From a virus: a DNA stretch of 31,422 nucleotides. Both the position numbers and the translations under genes were made by a program. The notes beneath the pieces were generated by a model, which saw only the letters and a program-made list of their open reading frames with translations, was not told where the DNA came from and did not search any database. Each line of letters begins with the position of its first letter. Position 1 is the first letter of the stretch. This document shows positions 1 to 8,570 of this stretch, piece after piece. Location: the IMG/VR virus record IMGVR_UViG_3300017978_000047, positions 1 to 31,422 of that record; one strand, written 5' to 3'.

Positions 1-55
1 CAAGATGTAGAAACAATGGTAGATTATAATTTAAAAGATATAAAATAAAATGATA
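1..55. repeat. terminal direct repeat, copy 1 (identical to 31368..31422); circular-assembly overlap
   Basis: The first 55 nt (caagatgtagaaacaatggtagattataatttaaaagatataaaataaaatgata) recur exactly as the last 55 nt. The repeat covers the end of ORF 30873..31415 and the ATG of ORF 50..1108, so the ends join without disrupting genes. Confidence 0.95.
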
Positions 56-1108
56 ATATATTCAAGAAGTCCTTACTTCATAACAGTAAACGAATCTGCA
101 CAAGTAGGTTCACGCATAGAATTAAGATTATGGAATGGTACAGGTTCAGCCCCTACACCTGCAACTTATACATTCAGTAAATCTATTGCGAGTTCAACTC
201 AAATAGAAAACACATACAATATAAGTCCTTTTGTAAAAGAATATATTGACAATGTAGCACCTAATTATGCTTCAGGTGAAACTGATTCAACTACTATGTG
301 GGTTAACGTTGAAGTTAAACGATATAAAGAAACTTCAGTAGGTACATATTCTTTATTAGACACTACAACTTATTTAGGTACTAATGGCTATACTCAATTT
401 TTAGATGGGTATAACTACACCAATGCTTCAAATACTTTTATGTTATTATCTGATAATACAAAAGAAATTAGATATGACATTACAAAATCTATTCCTTATG
501 TTAACGTTTTAATAAGTCCTGCTGAAGGTGATGTTATAACTGCAACCTATAAAGATTTAAGAGGTAGAAATGAAGTGGTAGTTGGTTACACAGAAACAAA
601 AGGAATGTTAAAAATTCCATTATCAACTACAAACGTAAAATATAATAAAGGCAATACTTTAACTATTTCTTATAACGATACTGATTACGTTTATAATGTG
701 ATGCCAATTTGCGAACCTAAATATACACCTGTAATTTGTTCATTTATTAATCGCTTTGGTGGATGGCAGTTCTTAACGTTCTTTAAGGCGCAAACTAATA
801 ATATTAATATTAATGGTAGTAACTTTAATTTACTGCAAGATTCAATTGATTATAACACGTCTAAAGGACAAAGCAAATCATTTAATATCAATGGTAAGCA
901 ATCAGTAAAATTAAGTTCTGGATTTGTACCTGAAAATTATTCTGATTTAATTCAAGATTTGTTGTTAAGTGAAACTGTTTTATTGGATGGTAAACCCGCT
1001 GAAGTTAAGACACAAGCAACCACATTAAAAACTTCTTTACAAGATAGAAATATCAATTACGAAATAGAATTTGATTACGCATTTAACTTAATTAACAACG
1101 TTATTTAA
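50..1108 (+). CDS. virion structural protein of the tail module (function unassigned)
   Basis: 352-aa ORF with an A-rich leader (aaaataaaATG). Its stop overlaps the next start (TAATG at 1106..1110). N/T/S-rich, beta-type composition. It sits in a co-directional block with the tape measure and chaperone genes. I recognise no diagnostic motif. Confidence 0.65.
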   Translation: MIIYSRSPYFITVNESAQVGSRIELRLWNGTGSAPTPATYTFSKSIASSTQIENTYNISPFVKEYIDNVAPNYASGETDSTTMWVNVEVKRYKETSVGTYSLLDTTTYLGTNGYTQFLDGYNYTNASNTFMLLSDNTKEIRYDITKSIPYVNVLISPAEGDVITATYKDLRGRNEVVVGYTETKGMLKIPLSTTNVKYNKGNTLTISYNDTDYVYNVMPICEPKYTPVICSFINRFGGWQFLTFFKAQTNNININGSNFNLLQDSIDYNTSKGQSKSFNINGKQSVKLSSGFVPENYSDLIQDLLLSETVLLDGKPAEVKTQATTLKTSLQDRNINYEIEFDYAFNLINNVI

Positions 1109-3105
1109 TGGTAACAGTAGGAATATATATTTACATAGATGATGTAGCAAGAAGAATTGAATTGTTTGATGATGAAAAAATATCTATAAATAGTTCAGTT
1201 CAAAATGCTTCAGATATTTCAAAGGTTTATACAGACTTCAGTCAGTCTTTTACAATACCTGCTAATGACCATAATAACGCTATCTTTTCACATTGGTATG
1301 AAAATTCTATTGATAACGGTTATGATGCAAGACAAAGAAAAAAAGCTTATATTGAATTAGACACTATACCTTTTAGAAACGGGAATATACAATTAGAAAA
1401 AGCTACTATTAAAAATGGTGTTCCTGAAAATTACACTATTACTTTCTTTGGTAGTTTAGTTTCTTTGAAAGATACGTTTGCAGGTAAGAAACTATCTGAA
1501 TTAGATTACACACCATATTCAATACCATATAGTTCTTCAGAAGTAATTGATAGAGTTAGTGGTGAAATTGCTAATGATGTTAAATTCCCTTTAATTACAT
1601 CTAATAGACTTTGGGTTGACGTAGGAACTACAGACAATATTACTACTTCAGGTGGTGCTATATTAACTTCTGAACTATTCCCTGCTTTAAGAGTTAATAA
1701 AGTTTTAGATTCTATTGCAACAAATTACGGAATTACATTTGAAGGTGATTTTTTAACTGATGAAAGATTTACAAACGCTTTTTTATGGTTAAAGAATTCG
1801 GAAACATTTGTAGCTAAAAGTAATGAAGAACAAGTTGATTTTATAAGTTATAATTTTGGCGGACAATATCCCGTTAACGATGTAATAACTGTTGATTTAA
1901 CTGCAAACACATTTGAATATTTTGGTTTAAGTGGAACTAATTTTTGTAACGTTTATTTTTTACCAACTTGTAATGTTGCGGGTGTTCAATCTTATTTTAA
2001 TGTTTATAGAAATGATATTTTATTATATACAATTCCTTTTACATCATCTACTTCTGAAATAAATGCAGGTGCAATACTGCACGATGCTATAGGAGAAAGT
2101 CCATTTGGTACAGGTATAATTAAAGTTACAGTAAATAGCGATACACCAATAACTTTTACTTCAAGAATTTGGGTAGTAGTAGAATATACAGATGAAGAAA
2201 GAGGTATTGTTTTAGATGATGATAATTATATAGTTTGCAATACACCACAAGTAACAACTTCAAATTTAGATTTAAAACTTTATATGCCTGACATTAAAGT
2301 AGAAGATTTCTTTAGTGGTATTTTAAAGATGTTTAATTTGACTTGTGTTAGTTATGAAGAAAATATATATAATATTGAACAAATAGAAGATTGGTATACT
2401 GTAGGAAATTTAAAAGATATAACTCAATATATAATTTCAGACGATGTAGATATTAGTAAATTAGAAACATTTAAAAAAATAAACTTTAACTATACAAAAA
2501 GTGAAAGTTTTATGAATGTTAAATATTTGTCTAATAACGGATTTGAATATGGTGATTTAAAAGCAGATTTGAATTCTGAAGGAAGCGAATATAATGTTCA
2601 ATTACCTTTTGAAAACTTGCTATTCAATAAATTTACAGGGCAGAATCTTCAGGTTGGTTACGCTTTAAAAACAGATTATAAAGCATATATAACTAAACCA
2701 ATAATTTTATATGATTATAATTCATTAAAAACTTGTGACTTTTATTTAAAAGGTTCGGGTTCTGCTACAAATATAACTACATATAATGCTTTTGGTCAAG
2801 ATAGTCTGATAGATGGAATTAATCATAGTTTAAACTTTGGTTTAGAAATTAGTAGTTTGTTACTAATACCAATTACTAATAGTTTATATGTTGATTATTA
2901 CAAAGAATATTTAGAAAACATATATAATCTAAAGTCAAGAAAGTACAATATAAAAGCAGTTTTACCTATTAGCTTATTAACTTCTATTAAATTAAATAAC
3001 AGATTGATAATACGAGATAAGAGATATATTATTAATAATATGAAAATAGACTTAACAAGTGGTGAAGTAGATTTTGAATTAATAAATGATTTTAGAATAC
3101 TATGA
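1108..3105 (+). CDS. large tail-module structural protein (candidate tail-tip/baseplate protein)
   Basis: 665-aa ORF translationally coupled to the previous gene and lying upstream of the tape measure gene. Size and N/T/Y-rich composition fit a distal tail or tail-tip protein. No motif-level assignment is possible. Confidence 0.6.
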   Translation: MVTVGIYIYIDDVARRIELFDDEKISINSSVQNASDISKVYTDFSQSFTIPANDHNNAIFSHWYENSIDNGYDARQRKKAYIELDTIPFRNGNIQLEKATIKNGVPENYTITFFGSLVSLKDTFAGKKLSELDYTPYSIPYSSSEVIDRVSGEIANDVKFPLITSNRLWVDVGTTDNITTSGGAILTSELFPALRVNKVLDSIATNYGITFEGDFLTDERFTNAFLWLKNSETFVAKSNEEQVDFISYNFGGQYPVNDVITVDLTANTFEYFGLSGTNFCNVYFLPTCNVAGVQSYFNVYRNDILLYTIPFTSSTSEINAGAILHDAIGESPFGTGIIKVTVNSDTPITFTSRIWVVVEYTDEERGIVLDDDNYIVCNTPQVTTSNLDLKLYMPDIKVEDFFSGILKMFNLTCVSYEENIYNIEQIEDWYTVGNLKDITQYIISDDVDISKLETFKKINFNYTKSESFMNVKYLSNNGFEYGDLKADLNSEGSEYNVQLPFENLLFNKFTGQNLQVGYALKTDYKAYITKPIILYDYNSLKTCDFYLKGSGSATNITTYNAFGQDSLIDGINHSLNFGLEISSLLLIPITNSLYVDYYKEYLENIYNLKSRKYNIKAVLPISLLTSIKLNNRLIIRDKRYIINNMKIDLTSGEVDFELINDFRIL

Positions 3106-3251
3106 TAAAAGAAATATTGAATCTGTTAATGTTAGACAATCATTACGGACAAACCGAAACAATAGAAATAGCAAAAGGCAAGTACGAACTACCTAATAGT
3201 TGGTCAAAAGGATTTAACCAAATAAAAAGAATAATTAAATGGCAGAAGTAA
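3102..3251 (+). CDS. small hypothetical protein (49 aa)
   Basis: MIKEILNLLMLDNHYGQTETIEIAKGKYELPNSWSKGFNQIKRIIKWQK. Its ATG overlaps the upstream stop (ATGA at 3102..3105) and its stop overlaps the tape-measure start by 13 nt. It fills an otherwise 133-nt gap. It is below the ORF-track length cutoff. Confidence 0.4.
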   Translation: MIKEILNLLMLDNHYGQTETIEIAKGKYELPNSWSKGFNQIKRIIKWQK

Positions 3252-5122
3252 AAACGATAGAACTTCATATTAAATCAAACGTAGATACTGCATCTAAAGA
3301 ATTTGATAATTTTGCGAAGTCGATAAAAGCAGTAGATAAATCTGCTACAAATTTAGATGCCACTTTTGAAGAAGTTTATGGTGACTTACAACCATTAACA
3401 ACAAGAATGGGTGAAGCTGAAGATAGGCTTTATGAATTAGCTTTAGCAGGACAACAAAGTTCACAAGAATTTAAAGATTTGTTGACATCTGTAGGTAACT
3501 ATAGAAGAGTACAAATTCAAACTGATATGGTTGTAGATAATGCTGCAACTACATTAAGTCAAAAACTTACTGGTTCATTAAATGCTGCTGCAGGTGCTTT
3601 TAGTTTGGTTCAAGGTTCTATGGCTTTGTTCGGTGCTGAATCTGAAGATGTAGAACAAGCTATATTAAAAGTACAATCTGCAATGGCTATTAGTCAAGGT
3701 GTAGAAACTATTAGAGAGGGTGCGAAAAGTGTACAAGCATTAGGTGCTGCAATACGTTCTACAACTGTATTTCAAAAAGCTGCTGCTGCTGCTCAATACG
3801 TTTGGAATGCTGCTATGGCTGCCAATCCTATTGGTTTAGTAGTTGCTTCTATTGCTGCATTATTAGTTGGTGGATATAAGCTTATTAAATTCTTTAAAGA
3901 TTCATCTGATGCAAATGAAAAAGCAGCTTCTGCTACTATAAAAAATACAAATGCTTTAAAACAGCAAAGTATTTCTGCTGCACAAAGTTCTAATAAGTTA
4001 AAAACTTATAATGACCAACAGTATGCAATGGCTCAAGCTTCAGGAGCGTCAAGTGAAGAGTTAAGAAAGTTGGCTTTAAAACACAAAGAAGAAGAAGTTG
4101 CTTTAAATAAAAAGAATGCTATTTTAGCACAAAGCACATTTTTAAGACAACGTGATACATTAGCTTCTTTAAAAAACTCTGAAGCAAGTGATGAGGTAAT
4201 TGCTAATCAAGAAAAGTTAGTTCAAGAAACTTACAAATCATTTAAAAAGCAAAATGAAATACTTTCTACTTCTTATAAAGAACGTGCTGCATTAAGAAAC
4301 GCAAACGCAGTAGGTGAAGTTGCTGATGCTAAAGCAGCATCTGATAAAGCTGCTGAAGACGCTAAAGCAGCAAGAGAAAAAAGATTAGCTGAACAAAAAG
4401 AAGCTGATGAAAAAGCAAAAGAAAAAGTTAAAAAAGACCAAGAAGAATTTAATCAGTTTCAAATAAAAATAAACGAAGCCAAGTCAGCACAAAATATTGC
4501 TGATATGGAAGCTAAAGAAACAAAGATTAATGACCTTTTTGAAATAGCTAATGTAGTTGATGAATTAGAAACTAAAAATACTGAAAAGTTAAAAGCAGAA
4601 ACTGATGCAAGAATAGAACTTGCTAAAAAAGAAAAAGAAGCTAAAATACAAGCTGCTGAAGCTGCTGCTACTACATTATCAGGATTAGCTGATTTATTAG
4701 GTAAAGAAACTGCTGCAGGAAAAGCTGCGGCTGTAGCAAGTGCAACTATATCTACATTTTTATCTGCACAAAAAGCTTATGAATCTACTGTAGGTATTCC
4801 AATTGTAGGACCTGTATTAGCACCTATCAATGCTGCTTTAGCTATTGCAGGTGGTATTAAATCTGTTAAGTCTATTTTGTCTGTTAAAACACCAAATGGC
4901 GGTGGTGGTGGTTCAGCACCTACTATTAATGCACCTGCAGGTGGTTCTGCTCCTGTAGCCGCTGCTCCTACATTTAACGTAGTTGGTACTTCAGGACAAA
5001 ACCAGATCGCTCAAAGTTTAGGCAATCAAGCACCTGTTAAAGCTTATGTAGTAAGTAACGATGTAACTACTGCACAAAGTTTAGATAGAAATATTGTGAA
5101 CACAGCTACTATAGGAAATTAA
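3239..5122 (+). CDS. tape measure protein (candidate)
   Basis: 627 aa. The centre is a long Ala/Lys/Glu-rich coiled-coil-like stretch (AEDAKAAREKRLAEQKEADEKAKEKVKK). It has hydrophobic segments (NPIGLVVASIAALLVGGY; GIPIVGPVLAPINAALAIAGGI) and a C-terminal Gly run (NGGGGGS). This is the usual tape-measure architecture. Confidence 0.65.
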   Translation: MAEVKTIELHIKSNVDTASKEFDNFAKSIKAVDKSATNLDATFEEVYGDLQPLTTRMGEAEDRLYELALAGQQSSQEFKDLLTSVGNYRRVQIQTDMVVDNAATTLSQKLTGSLNAAAGAFSLVQGSMALFGAESEDVEQAILKVQSAMAISQGVETIREGAKSVQALGAAIRSTTVFQKAAAAAQYVWNAAMAANPIGLVVASIAALLVGGYKLIKFFKDSSDANEKAASATIKNTNALKQQSISAAQSSNKLKTYNDQQYAMAQASGASSEELRKLALKHKEEEVALNKKNAILAQSTFLRQRDTLASLKNSEASDEVIANQEKLVQETYKSFKKQNEILSTSYKERAALRNANAVGEVADAKAASDKAAEDAKAAREKRLAEQKEADEKAKEKVKKDQEEFNQFQIKINEAKSAQNIADMEAKETKINDLFEIANVVDELETKNTEKLKAETDARIELAKKEKEAKIQAAEAAATTLSGLADLLGKETAAGKAAAVASATISTFLSAQKAYESTVGIPIVGPVLAPINAALAIAGGIKSVKSILSVKTPNGGGGGSAPTINAPAGGSAPVAAAPTFNVVGTSGQNQIAQSLGNQAPVKAYVVSNDVTTAQSLDRNIVNTATIGN

Positions 5123-5159
5123 CAAAAACCAAATAATTTAATTTATAAATAAAAATAAA

Positions 5160-5744
5160 ATGCGAATAGTAGAATTAATCATAGACGAAAAAGAAGATTT
5201 GAGTGGTGTAGAAGCTATTTCAGTTGTAGAATTTCCTGCAATAGAAGAAAACTTCATAGCACTTAATCAACAATTACAACTTGCTAAAGTAGATGAAGAA
5301 AAGCGTATCTTAATGGGTGCGGCTTTAATTCCAAATAAAAACATCTACAGAAGAAATGGCGATGATGAGTATTACATTTTCTTTTCAGATGCAACTGTAA
5401 AAAAAGCAAGTGAATTATTCTTGATGAATAGCAACCAAAACAACGCTACATTAGAACACCAAAAAAAGATAAATGATTTGTCAGTAGTTGAATCTTGGAT
5501 TGTAGAAGATACTGAAATGGATAAGTCTAAAAAGTATGGTTTAAATGCACCAGTAGGTTCTTGGATGGTTTCAATGAAAGTAAATAATGATACTATTTGG
5601 AATGACTTTGTTAAAACAGGTAAGGTTAAAGGCTTTTCTATTGAAGGTTATTTTGCAGACAAATTAGAAATGAGTTTGCAAAAAGAACAAGAGCAAGAAT
5701 TGATTGAAAAGATTAAACAAATTATTGTAAAACATAATCTATAA
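5160..5744 (+). CDS. XkdF-like putative prohead protease domain protein
   Basis: 194 aa. The pattern LMGAALIPN...YYIFFS...ATLEHQ...VVESWIVED...GSWMVSMKV...WNDFVKTGKVKGFSIEGYF matches my memory of the PBSX XkdF / Peptidase_S78_2 family. It lies upstream of the scaffold and capsid genes. Confidence 0.5.
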   Translation: MRIVELIIDEKEDLSGVEAISVVEFPAIEENFIALNQQLQLAKVDEEKRILMGAALIPNKNIYRRNGDDEYYIFFSDATVKKASELFLMNSNQNNATLEHQKKINDLSVVESWIVEDTEMDKSKKYGLNAPVGSWMVSMKVNNDTIWNDFVKTGKVKGFSIEGYFADKLEMSLQKEQEQELIEKIKQIIVKHNL

Positions 5745-6046
5745 TGAAAATTAGTTTTGACTATGACGGAACTTTAAGTACTGCTAAAGGTACTGAAATG
5801 GCAAAAGAATTTATTGCTAAAGGTAAAGATGTTTATATCATTTCTGCAAGACATTTAAAAGTAGGAATGATTAATAAAGCACAATCTTTAGGAATACCTG
5901 TTAGTAGAGTTTATGCTACAGGTTCAAACAAAGCTAAAATTGAAAAAATTCAAAGTTTAGGAATAGAAGAGCATTACGATAATAACAAAGATGTAATAGA
6001 TATACTAAATCAATTAGGTATAAATGGTAAATTATTTAACAACTAA
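5744..6046 (+). CDS. minimal HAD-superfamily phosphatase
   Basis: 100 aa. HAD motif I is FDYDGTLS (DxDxT), motif II is IISAR, with a lysine in SNKAK and an acidic motif HYDNNKD. The ATG overlaps the upstream stop (TAATG). Confidence 0.6.
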   Translation: MKISFDYDGTLSTAKGTEMAKEFIAKGKDVYIISARHLKVGMINKAQSLGIPVSRVYATGSNKAKIEKIQSLGIEEHYDNNKDVIDILNQLGINGKLFNN

Positions 6047-6059
6047 AATAAATAAACTA

Positions 6060-6242
6060 ATGGGTAAATCAACAAGTCCGAAAGGCGGTAAAAGAGGTTG
6101 TCTTTGTAAAGATAACACGTATGATTCTAAATGCTGTAATGGTGAATTGCAAGAACAAGGAATTGGTTCAACTATATCACAAGGTGGTGCTACTATCACT
6201 GTAGTTGATGGTGTAAAAACTATTGTTAGAAGTAACGGATAA
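6060..6242 (+). CDS. small Cys-rich hypothetical protein (60 aa)
   Basis: MGKSTSPKGGKRGCLCKDNTYDSKCCNGELQEQG... carries four Cys arranged as CxC...CC. I prefer the ATG at 6060 over the track start at 6024, which overlaps the HAD gene by 23 nt. Confidence 0.5.
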   Translation: MGKSTSPKGGKRGCLCKDNTYDSKCCNGELQEQGIGSTISQGGATITVVDGVKTIVRSNG

Positions 6243-6302
6243 CATCCTAATTTATAACAAATAAAAATAATATTATTTATAAACAAATTAAATATTTTAA
6301 AA

Positions 6303-6887
6303 ATGAGTGTAATCAATGAAATCAAAACTCTTTTGGGAATGGAAGTGAAACTTGCCCAAATGAAACTTGAGAACGGCACGGTAATCGAAGCAGAAGCTTT
6401 TGAACCTGAAATGGCTGTTTTTATAGTTAACGAAGAAGATAGAATTGCAATGCCTGTAGGTGAATACGCTTTAGAAGATGGAAACATCCTAAAAGTAGAC
6501 GTTGAAGGTGTTATTGCTGCTATTGAAATGCCTGAAGAGGAAATGCCAGCAAACGAAGAAGAAGTACCTTCACCTGCTGAAGAAGAAGTTGTTGTTGAAG
6601 CATCTGCTCCTGTAGCTACTCCTAAAAGAATCGTTGAATCTGTTTCTAAAGAAATGTTCTTTTCTGAAATTGAAAAATTAAGAAATGAAATTGCTGAATT
6701 GAAAGGTGTAAAACTTTCTTCTGATGAAGAAGACAAAACTGATGAGGATTTAAAGTCTAAAGAAGTTGAATTAAGTGTTGAACCATTAACACATTCACCT
6801 GAAGTTAAAGCACCACAAGTTCAAAAATTTGCATCTAATCGCCAAATGACTACTCAAGATAGAGTAATGGCAAAACTTTTTAATTAA
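6303..6887 (+). CDS. scaffolding protein (candidate)
   Basis: 194 aa and strongly acidic (PEEEMPANEEEVPSPAEEEVVVE), with helical-looking segments. It lies immediately upstream of the major capsid gene. Confidence 0.6.
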   Translation: MSVINEIKTLLGMEVKLAQMKLENGTVIEAEAFEPEMAVFIVNEEDRIAMPVGEYALEDGNILKVDVEGVIAAIEMPEEEMPANEEEVPSPAEEEVVVEASAPVATPKRIVESVSKEMFFSEIEKLRNEIAELKGVKLSSDEEDKTDEDLKSKEVELSVEPLTHSPEVKAPQVQKFASNRQMTTQDRVMAKLFN

Positions 6888-6911
6888 TAATAATAAACTA
6901 AATAAATAAAA

Positions 6912-7865
6912 ATGGCTACTACTACAAGTATTACTACCACTTATGCAGGAGAATTTGCTTCTAAATATATCTCTGCTGCTTTATTATCTGCTTCTACTAT
7001 TGAAAATGGTGGAATTGAGGTAATGCCTAATGTTAAGTACAAATCTGTAATTCAAAAAATTGCTACTGATGGTATCGTTAAAGATGCTACTTGTGATTTT
7101 TCTGCTACATCTACTGTAACATTAAGCGAAAGAATCATCACTCCTGAAGAATTCCAAGTGAATCTTCAATTGTGTAAAAAAGATTTCCACGCAACTTGGG
7201 AAGCTGTATCTATGGGATATTCTGCTTTTGATTCATTGCCACCAAGCTTTGCTGATTATTTGATTTCTCACGTTGCTGCTAAAGTTGCTGAAAAAACTGA
7301 ACAAAACATTTGGAGAGGTGCTACTGCTAATGCAGGTGAATTTAATGGATTTGCTGCTTTATTAGCTGCTGATGCTGCTTTGCCAACTGCTAATGAAGTT
7401 GCTGGTACTACAGTTACTGCTTCTAACGTTGTTGCTGAATTAGGGAAAATCGTTGATGCTATTCCTGCTGCATTGTACGGAAAAGAAGATTTGTACTTAT
7501 ACGTTTCTCAAAACATTGCAAGAGCTTACGTTCGTGCTTTAGGTGGATTTGGTGCTTCAGGATTAGGTGCTAACGGTACAAACGCTCAAGGAACACAATG
7601 GTTTAACAATGGTTCATTATCTTTTGATGGTGTTAAAATCTTTGTTGCAAACGGATTGGCTAACAATACTGCTATTGCTGCTCAAAAATCTAACTTATTC
7701 TTTGGAACTGGTTTGTTGTCGGATCAGAATGAAGTACAAGTTATTGATTTACAGCCAATTGACGGTTCTATGAACGTGAGAGTGGTAATGAGATTTACTG
7801 CTGCAGTTCAATACGGAATTGTTGAAGATATCGTAACTTACGGAATCACAAACTCTGCTAACTAA
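6912..7865 (+). CDS. major capsid protein
   Basis: 317 aa and Ala/Gly-rich. It follows the scaffold gene and is followed by a strong intrinsic terminator. Codon usage looks like that of a highly expressed gene. The assignment rests on position and composition. Confidence 0.7.
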   Translation: MATTTSITTTYAGEFASKYISAALLSASTIENGGIEVMPNVKYKSVIQKIATDGIVKDATCDFSATSTVTLSERIITPEEFQVNLQLCKKDFHATWEAVSMGYSAFDSLPPSFADYLISHVAAKVAEKTEQNIWRGATANAGEFNGFAALLAADAALPTANEVAGTTVTASNVVAELGKIVDAIPAALYGKEDLYLYVSQNIARAYVRALGGFGASGLGANGTNAQGTQWFNNGSLSFDGVKIFVANGLANNTAIAAQKSNLFFGTGLLSDQNEVQVIDLQPIDGSMNVRVVMRFTAAVQYGIVEDIVTYGITNSAN

Positions 7866-7888
7866 AAATTAGCTTTTTAAATTAAAAA

Positions 7889-7918
7889 GGGGAGGTAAAA
7901 TGCCTTCCCTTTTTTTTT
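7889..7918 (+). terminator. rho-independent terminator after the capsid gene
   Basis: Stem GGGGAGG (7889..7895) pairs with CCTTCCC (7903..7909) with one G-U pair. The loop is 7 nt and is followed by T9 (7910..7918). Confidence 0.8.
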
Positions 7919-7942
7919 ATTAACTTTTAAAAATATATATAG

Positions 7943-8470
7943 ATGGCTTGTGAAATTTCATTAGGTAGAATTGAACCTTGCAAAGATAGCAATGGTGGAT
8001 TAAAAGCGGTTTACTTTGTAAACTGGGGTGATATGACAGGTGTAACTTATGACGTAACTAATACAGATGCTATTAGTGCGGTTGCAGGTACTCCAAGTGC
8101 ATACAAATATGACTTGAAAGGTAATAGTTCATTTGAACAAGCAATTACTTCTTCAAGAGAAAATGGAACTACATTCTTTGAACAAACTTTGAACTTAACT
8201 TTAAAGAAATTGTCTATTGTAGACCACAAACAAATTAAATTATTAGCTTACGGAAGACCACAAGTAGTTGTTGAAGATAACAACGGAAACTTGTTCTTGT
8301 GTGGATTAGAACACGGAATGGATGTATCGGGTGGTACTATTGTAACCGGAGCAGCTATGGGTGATTTGTCAGGATATACTTTGACATTATCAGGACAAGA
8401 AGCAGTTCCTGCAAACTTCTTGAGTACTACTTTAACCGCTGCAGGTTTCACAGTAGTTTCAGGTTCATAA
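7943..8470 (+). CDS. abundant virion protein, candidate major tail tube protein
   Basis: 175 aa, bracketed by two strong terminators. The pattern GGLKAVYF...FEQ...FFEQTLNLTL...VVVEDNNGNLFLCGLEHG...GDLSGYTLTLSG resembles siphovirus tail tube proteins as I recall them. A capsid decoration role is not excluded. Confidence 0.4.
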   Translation: MACEISLGRIEPCKDSNGGLKAVYFVNWGDMTGVTYDVTNTDAISAVAGTPSAYKYDLKGNSSFEQAITSSRENGTTFFEQTLNLTLKKLSIVDHKQIKLLAYGRPQVVVEDNNGNLFLCGLEHGMDVSGGTIVTGAAMGDLSGYTLTLSGQEAVPANFLSTTLTAAGFTVVSGS

Positions 8471-8496
8471 TTGTTTGTTTTTTGATTGGTGAAAAG

Positions 8497-8521
8497 GGGT
8501 GGCTTCGGCTACCCTTTTTTT
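8497..8521 (+). terminator. rho-independent terminator
   Basis: Stem GGGTGGC (8497..8503) pairs with GCTACCC (8508..8514), with a TTCG tetraloop, followed by T7 (8515..8521). Confidence 0.8.
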
Positions 8522-8537
8522 GTTTTAAATAACAATA

Positions 8538-8550
8538 AACGAATAGATTT
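8538..8550 (+). promoter_or_regulatory. candidate late-gene box AACGAATAGATTT
   Basis: One of three intergenic matches to AACG[TA]A[TA]AGA[TA][GT]T (the others are 11225..11237 and 29528..29540). It lies just after a terminator and 21 nt before the ATG at 8571. Confidence 0.25.
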
Positions 8551-8570
8551 ATTATTAAATAAAAAATATA

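Noticed and set aside
6032-6736. 234-aa ORF on the minus strand, the longest antisense ORF in the track
   Set aside because: It lies antisense to the scaffold gene and the Cys-rich ORF. Its sequence is low-complexity Ser/Thr/Ile-rich, as expected from reading a GAA/GCT-rich gene backwards. It has no plausible start context, and every supported gene in this genome is on the + strand. It is a shadow ORF.
7567-7773. Alternative-frame + strand ORFs inside larger genes (7567..7773 in the capsid gene, 9278..9478 in the portal gene, 16463..16705 in the NinG gene)
   Set aside because: They are nested out of frame in genes with clear family motifs. They have no independent start context and Leu/Ile-rich nonsense composition.
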